A DNA stretch of 64,000 bases. Origin: an uncultured Bacteroidota bacterium. Lineage in GTDB: Bacteria; Bacteroidota; Bacteroidia; Chitinophagales; Chitinophagaceae. The position numbers and the translations under genes were made by a program. The notes below the pieces were generated by a model. That model had not been told where the DNA came from, did not search any database, and saw only the letters and a list, made by a program, of their open reading frames with translations. The stretch lies in the NCBI GenBank assembly GCA_963737475.1, contig CAVTSY010000007.1, positions 6,248-70,247 of the forward strand, in the 5' to 3' direction. Positions 62,094 to 64,000 of the stretch are shown piece after piece. The first letter of the stretch is position 1. Each line of letters begins with the position of its first letter.

Positions 62094-62121
62094 CGGCCTT
62101 CTTTTTTAAGAAGGCTTTTTA
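62094..62121 (+). terminator. Rho-independent terminator
   Basis: 'cggccttc-ttttttaa-gaaggc' followed by TTTTT. Confidence 0.55.
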
Positions 62122-62202
62122 TATACATTATTTCTCCGTATCTGCAAATAATCCCTTGAAGCAGCTGAATACACTCTAAGTTATCAGGTTTGTAAGGTGA
62201 TT

Positions 62203-62282
62203 AGGAAAGAGTTCTTCTTCAAAAATTGCAACCGGGCAAGTACAATCATACGGACTCATGATTTAATTGTTTGCCAAAATAC
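62203..62282 (+). repeat. Third, ~80-bp remnant of the LytTR regulator 3' end plus leader (copy C)
   Basis: 'aggaaagagttcttcttcaaaaattgcaaccgggcaagtacaatcat...aattgtttgccaaaata' versus 59159-59240 and 61313-61390. Confidence 0.45.
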
Positions 62283-62460
62283 TCCACAGGAGCCCCCAGG
62301 CGAAGGTAAGGAGACAGGAGATAAAGGCTGATGTGCCATTGAATGCTCTATAGAAGGACTAGTAAATTATGTAAACATTTCCCGAAATAATGTAATAGTG
62401 TAGAGATGTAAAATGCTGATCTTCGAACGTAAATTTTTTTCGTTATTAAAAATGTTGTTT

Positions 62461-62985
62461 ATGAAAAAGCAAATTGTATACGCAATTCTATTGGTACTAT
62501 CTATTTCATTTTTTAATCTTTCTTGTTTAAAAGACCGTCCGCTGGATGAACATGTCTGTACTCTCAATCATACAGATCCTTCCGGTCCATGCTACAACCT
62601 GGATGTTCTTCTCAAAGGCAATGGGAAAGAGAAAGGGGTTGGATTTATCAAATTCCGGCAGGATCCCGACACCGCCAGGATCGTTTCATTGGAAACGTTC
62701 ATTAAAAACCTCCTGCCGAACCATGAATACCTGTTACAACGGGCTGTTGATCCAGCAAATGTTGTTGATGGAGATTGCACAAGCACGACATGGCTCACGC
62801 TTGGTAAAGGGTTAACTCCTCAATCCATCTTAACTGATAATCATGGCGACGGAAGTGAAACATTATGGAGAGACATAACGGCTATTGCAAGAGGAACATC
62901 ATTTGATATCCACTTCCAGGTAATAGATGCAACGAGCATGGAAGTAGTACTTACAAGCGATTGCTACCAATATACCGTCAGGTAA
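62461..62985 (+). CDS. Hypothetical lipoprotein
   Basis: 'MKKQIVYAILLVLSISFFNLSC' from the ATG at 62461. No recognised family. Confidence 0.5.
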   Translation: MKKQIVYAILLVLSISFFNLSCLKDRPLDEHVCTLNHTDPSGPCYNLDVLLKGNGKEKGVGFIKFRQDPDTARIVSLETFIKNLLPNHEYLLQRAVDPANVVDGDCTSTTWLTLGKGLTPQSILTDNHGDGSETLWRDITAIARGTSFDIHFQVIDATSMEVVLTSDCYQYTVR

Positions 62986-63064
62986 AACTCTTCTATAGCT
63001 TACTTCAGGCTTTATTATTCTTTATGATCGTTAGTTTGATATTCTCAAATTGAGCATCGAAAAC

Positions 63065-63095
63065 AGCCTTCTTTCCAGGAAGGCTTTTAGTTTTA
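63065..63095. terminator. Hairpin terminator between convergent genes; part of a repeat shared with 62058-62121
   Basis: 'agccttc-tttccag-gaaggct' followed by 'tttagtttt'. Confidence 0.45.
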
Positions 63096-63185
63096 AGAGA
63101 TGTCCCAGGTATCTAAACAAAGCGGGCTGGCAGTAGCGTTATTAATTTAAGAAAATCCCGTATTCCCCGAAACAATTTACTTCGA

Positions 63186-63725
63186 TCATAAACTGATAAT
63201 CCCTTGCTTTAATGCGCCATTGACGATTTTCCCATCAGTGATATTTAATGTTTCCCCTTTTGTGTTTTTTACCGTCCCCGAAAAAGTTCCGTTCAGAATA
63301 TGATGCAATGTATCTACATCCGTTATTACAAACGAACCGCTGACGAATGAATAAGCGTTTAAGGTCTCCCTAAAATCGGGGTGATATGAACCATGTGATT
63401 TTTCCATGATGACACCTTTATCATTAAAACTGTAAGTGCCGGGTTTTGCTCCATTCAAATTAACATTGATCGTCCGTTTTTCTTTGTGCATATCGCTCGT
63501 AATATTCATCCAAACAGCGGGTTGATTGCTCCATCTGAAAAGACTGATATTCCAGCCGCTGGTTTTTACTTCATCTCCATTTACTTTGAAGCTAATAAAA
63601 TTTTTATCTGTGGATGAAGACACATCGGCTGAATTTTTTTCTGAATTTCCGGTGCTGGCTGTGTTACTGTTATTGCAACTAACAACAAGCAAAGCGATCA
63701 AATAGAAAGGAAATACTTTTTTCAT
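63186..63725 (-). CDS. Hypothetical lipoprotein
   Basis: 'MKKVFPFYLIALLVVSC' from the ATG at 63725. No recognised family. Confidence 0.5.
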   Translation of the reverse strand: MKKVFPFYLIALLVVSCNNSNTASTGNSEKNSADVSSSTDKNFISFKVNGDEVKTSGWNISLFRWSNQPAVWMNITSDMHKEKRTINVNLNGAKPGTYSFNDKGVIMEKSHGSYHPDFRETLNAYSFVSGSFVITDVDTLHHILNGTFSGTVKNTKGETLNITDGKIVNGALKQGIISL

Positions 63726-63887
63726 AAAAATGATTTTAATCACGAAAGATCATTATTGGGGCCGGGGCATGTTTGAAGCAACAATGGTTTATTTAAGTAC
63801 CAATGGCAAAAACAAGTCCAAAAAGAAATTTACTCATTTCAGCAGGCCGGTTTATCGTTGTATATTTGTGGTTTCATTTTTTTTAAC

Positions 63888-63917
63888 CTTCTAAATACCC
63901 CTTTAGGGGATAGGGGC
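63888..63917 (+). repeat. C/G-run palindromic mini-repeat, copy e, abutting the mnmA start codon
   Basis: 'cttctaaatacccctttaggggataggggc' followed directly by ATG (63918). Confidence 0.55.
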
Positions 63918-64000
63918 ATGAGTCAGAAAGGAAAAGTCTTAGTGGCCATGAGTGGCGGTATCGACAGTACCGTTACAGCATTAATGCTTCATGATGAAGG
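63918..64000 (+). CDS. mnmA: tRNA 2-thiouridine(34) synthase MnmA, N-terminal fragment (runs off the window)
   Basis: 'MSQKGKVLVAMSGGIDSTVTALMLHDEG' contains the PP-loop SGGxDS. Confidence 0.85.
   Translation, partial: MSQKGKVLVAMSGGIDSTVTALMLHDE

Overview
64-kb chromosomal window from a Bacteroidota genome. Support: rRNA sequence, SusC/SusD pairs and TTTG/TAnnTTTG promoter motifs. The 16S reads Chitinophagaceae-like to me, but that is from memory and unverified. Left to right: (1) a repeat-rich secreted adhesin-like gene that decays at the left edge. (2) Ordinary genes: CrtI-like oxidoreductase, lipase-maturation-factor homologue, MhqD/MhqO-like esterase plus ring-cleaving dioxygenase, rpsT, M14 peptidase. 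(3) A minus-strand three-gene cytoplasmic signalling operon: a 2,956-aa hybrid histidine kinase built from 14 tandem GAF domains, a single-domain receiver, and a GAF plus class III nucleotidyl cyclase. (4) A complete rrn operon on the minus strand (16S, tRNA-Ile, tRNA-Ala, 23S, 5S). (5) truA and an M1 aminopeptidase. (6) Two tandem paralogous SusC/SusD loci with no CAZyme or regulator; the second is broken. (7) A translationally coupled pair of outer-membrane proteins, one with a ComEA-like HhH module. (8) folD, an interrupted queE, then an OmpA-family gene, dprA and a propeller/LytS-type kinase, all frameshifted. (9) A LytTR regulator module that was duplicated and partly decayed, interleaved with small secreted-protein genes. 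(10) The start of mnmA. I recognised no CRISPR array, transposase, integrase, phage or known defence genes. The best candidate for something undescribed is the 14xGAF kinase / receiver / GAF-cyclase operon (11225-22207). Secondary items: a ~30-bp C-run/G-run palindromic mini-repeat on start and stop codons and inside queE; REP-like hairpin families with covarying stems; ACAGTTG direct repeats that look like LytTR operators; and at least 12 reading-frame lesions between 41.5 and 60 kb against none in the preceding ~38 kb, which may be sequencing error rather than biology. All domain and family names come from reading the translated ORFs. No database search was run.
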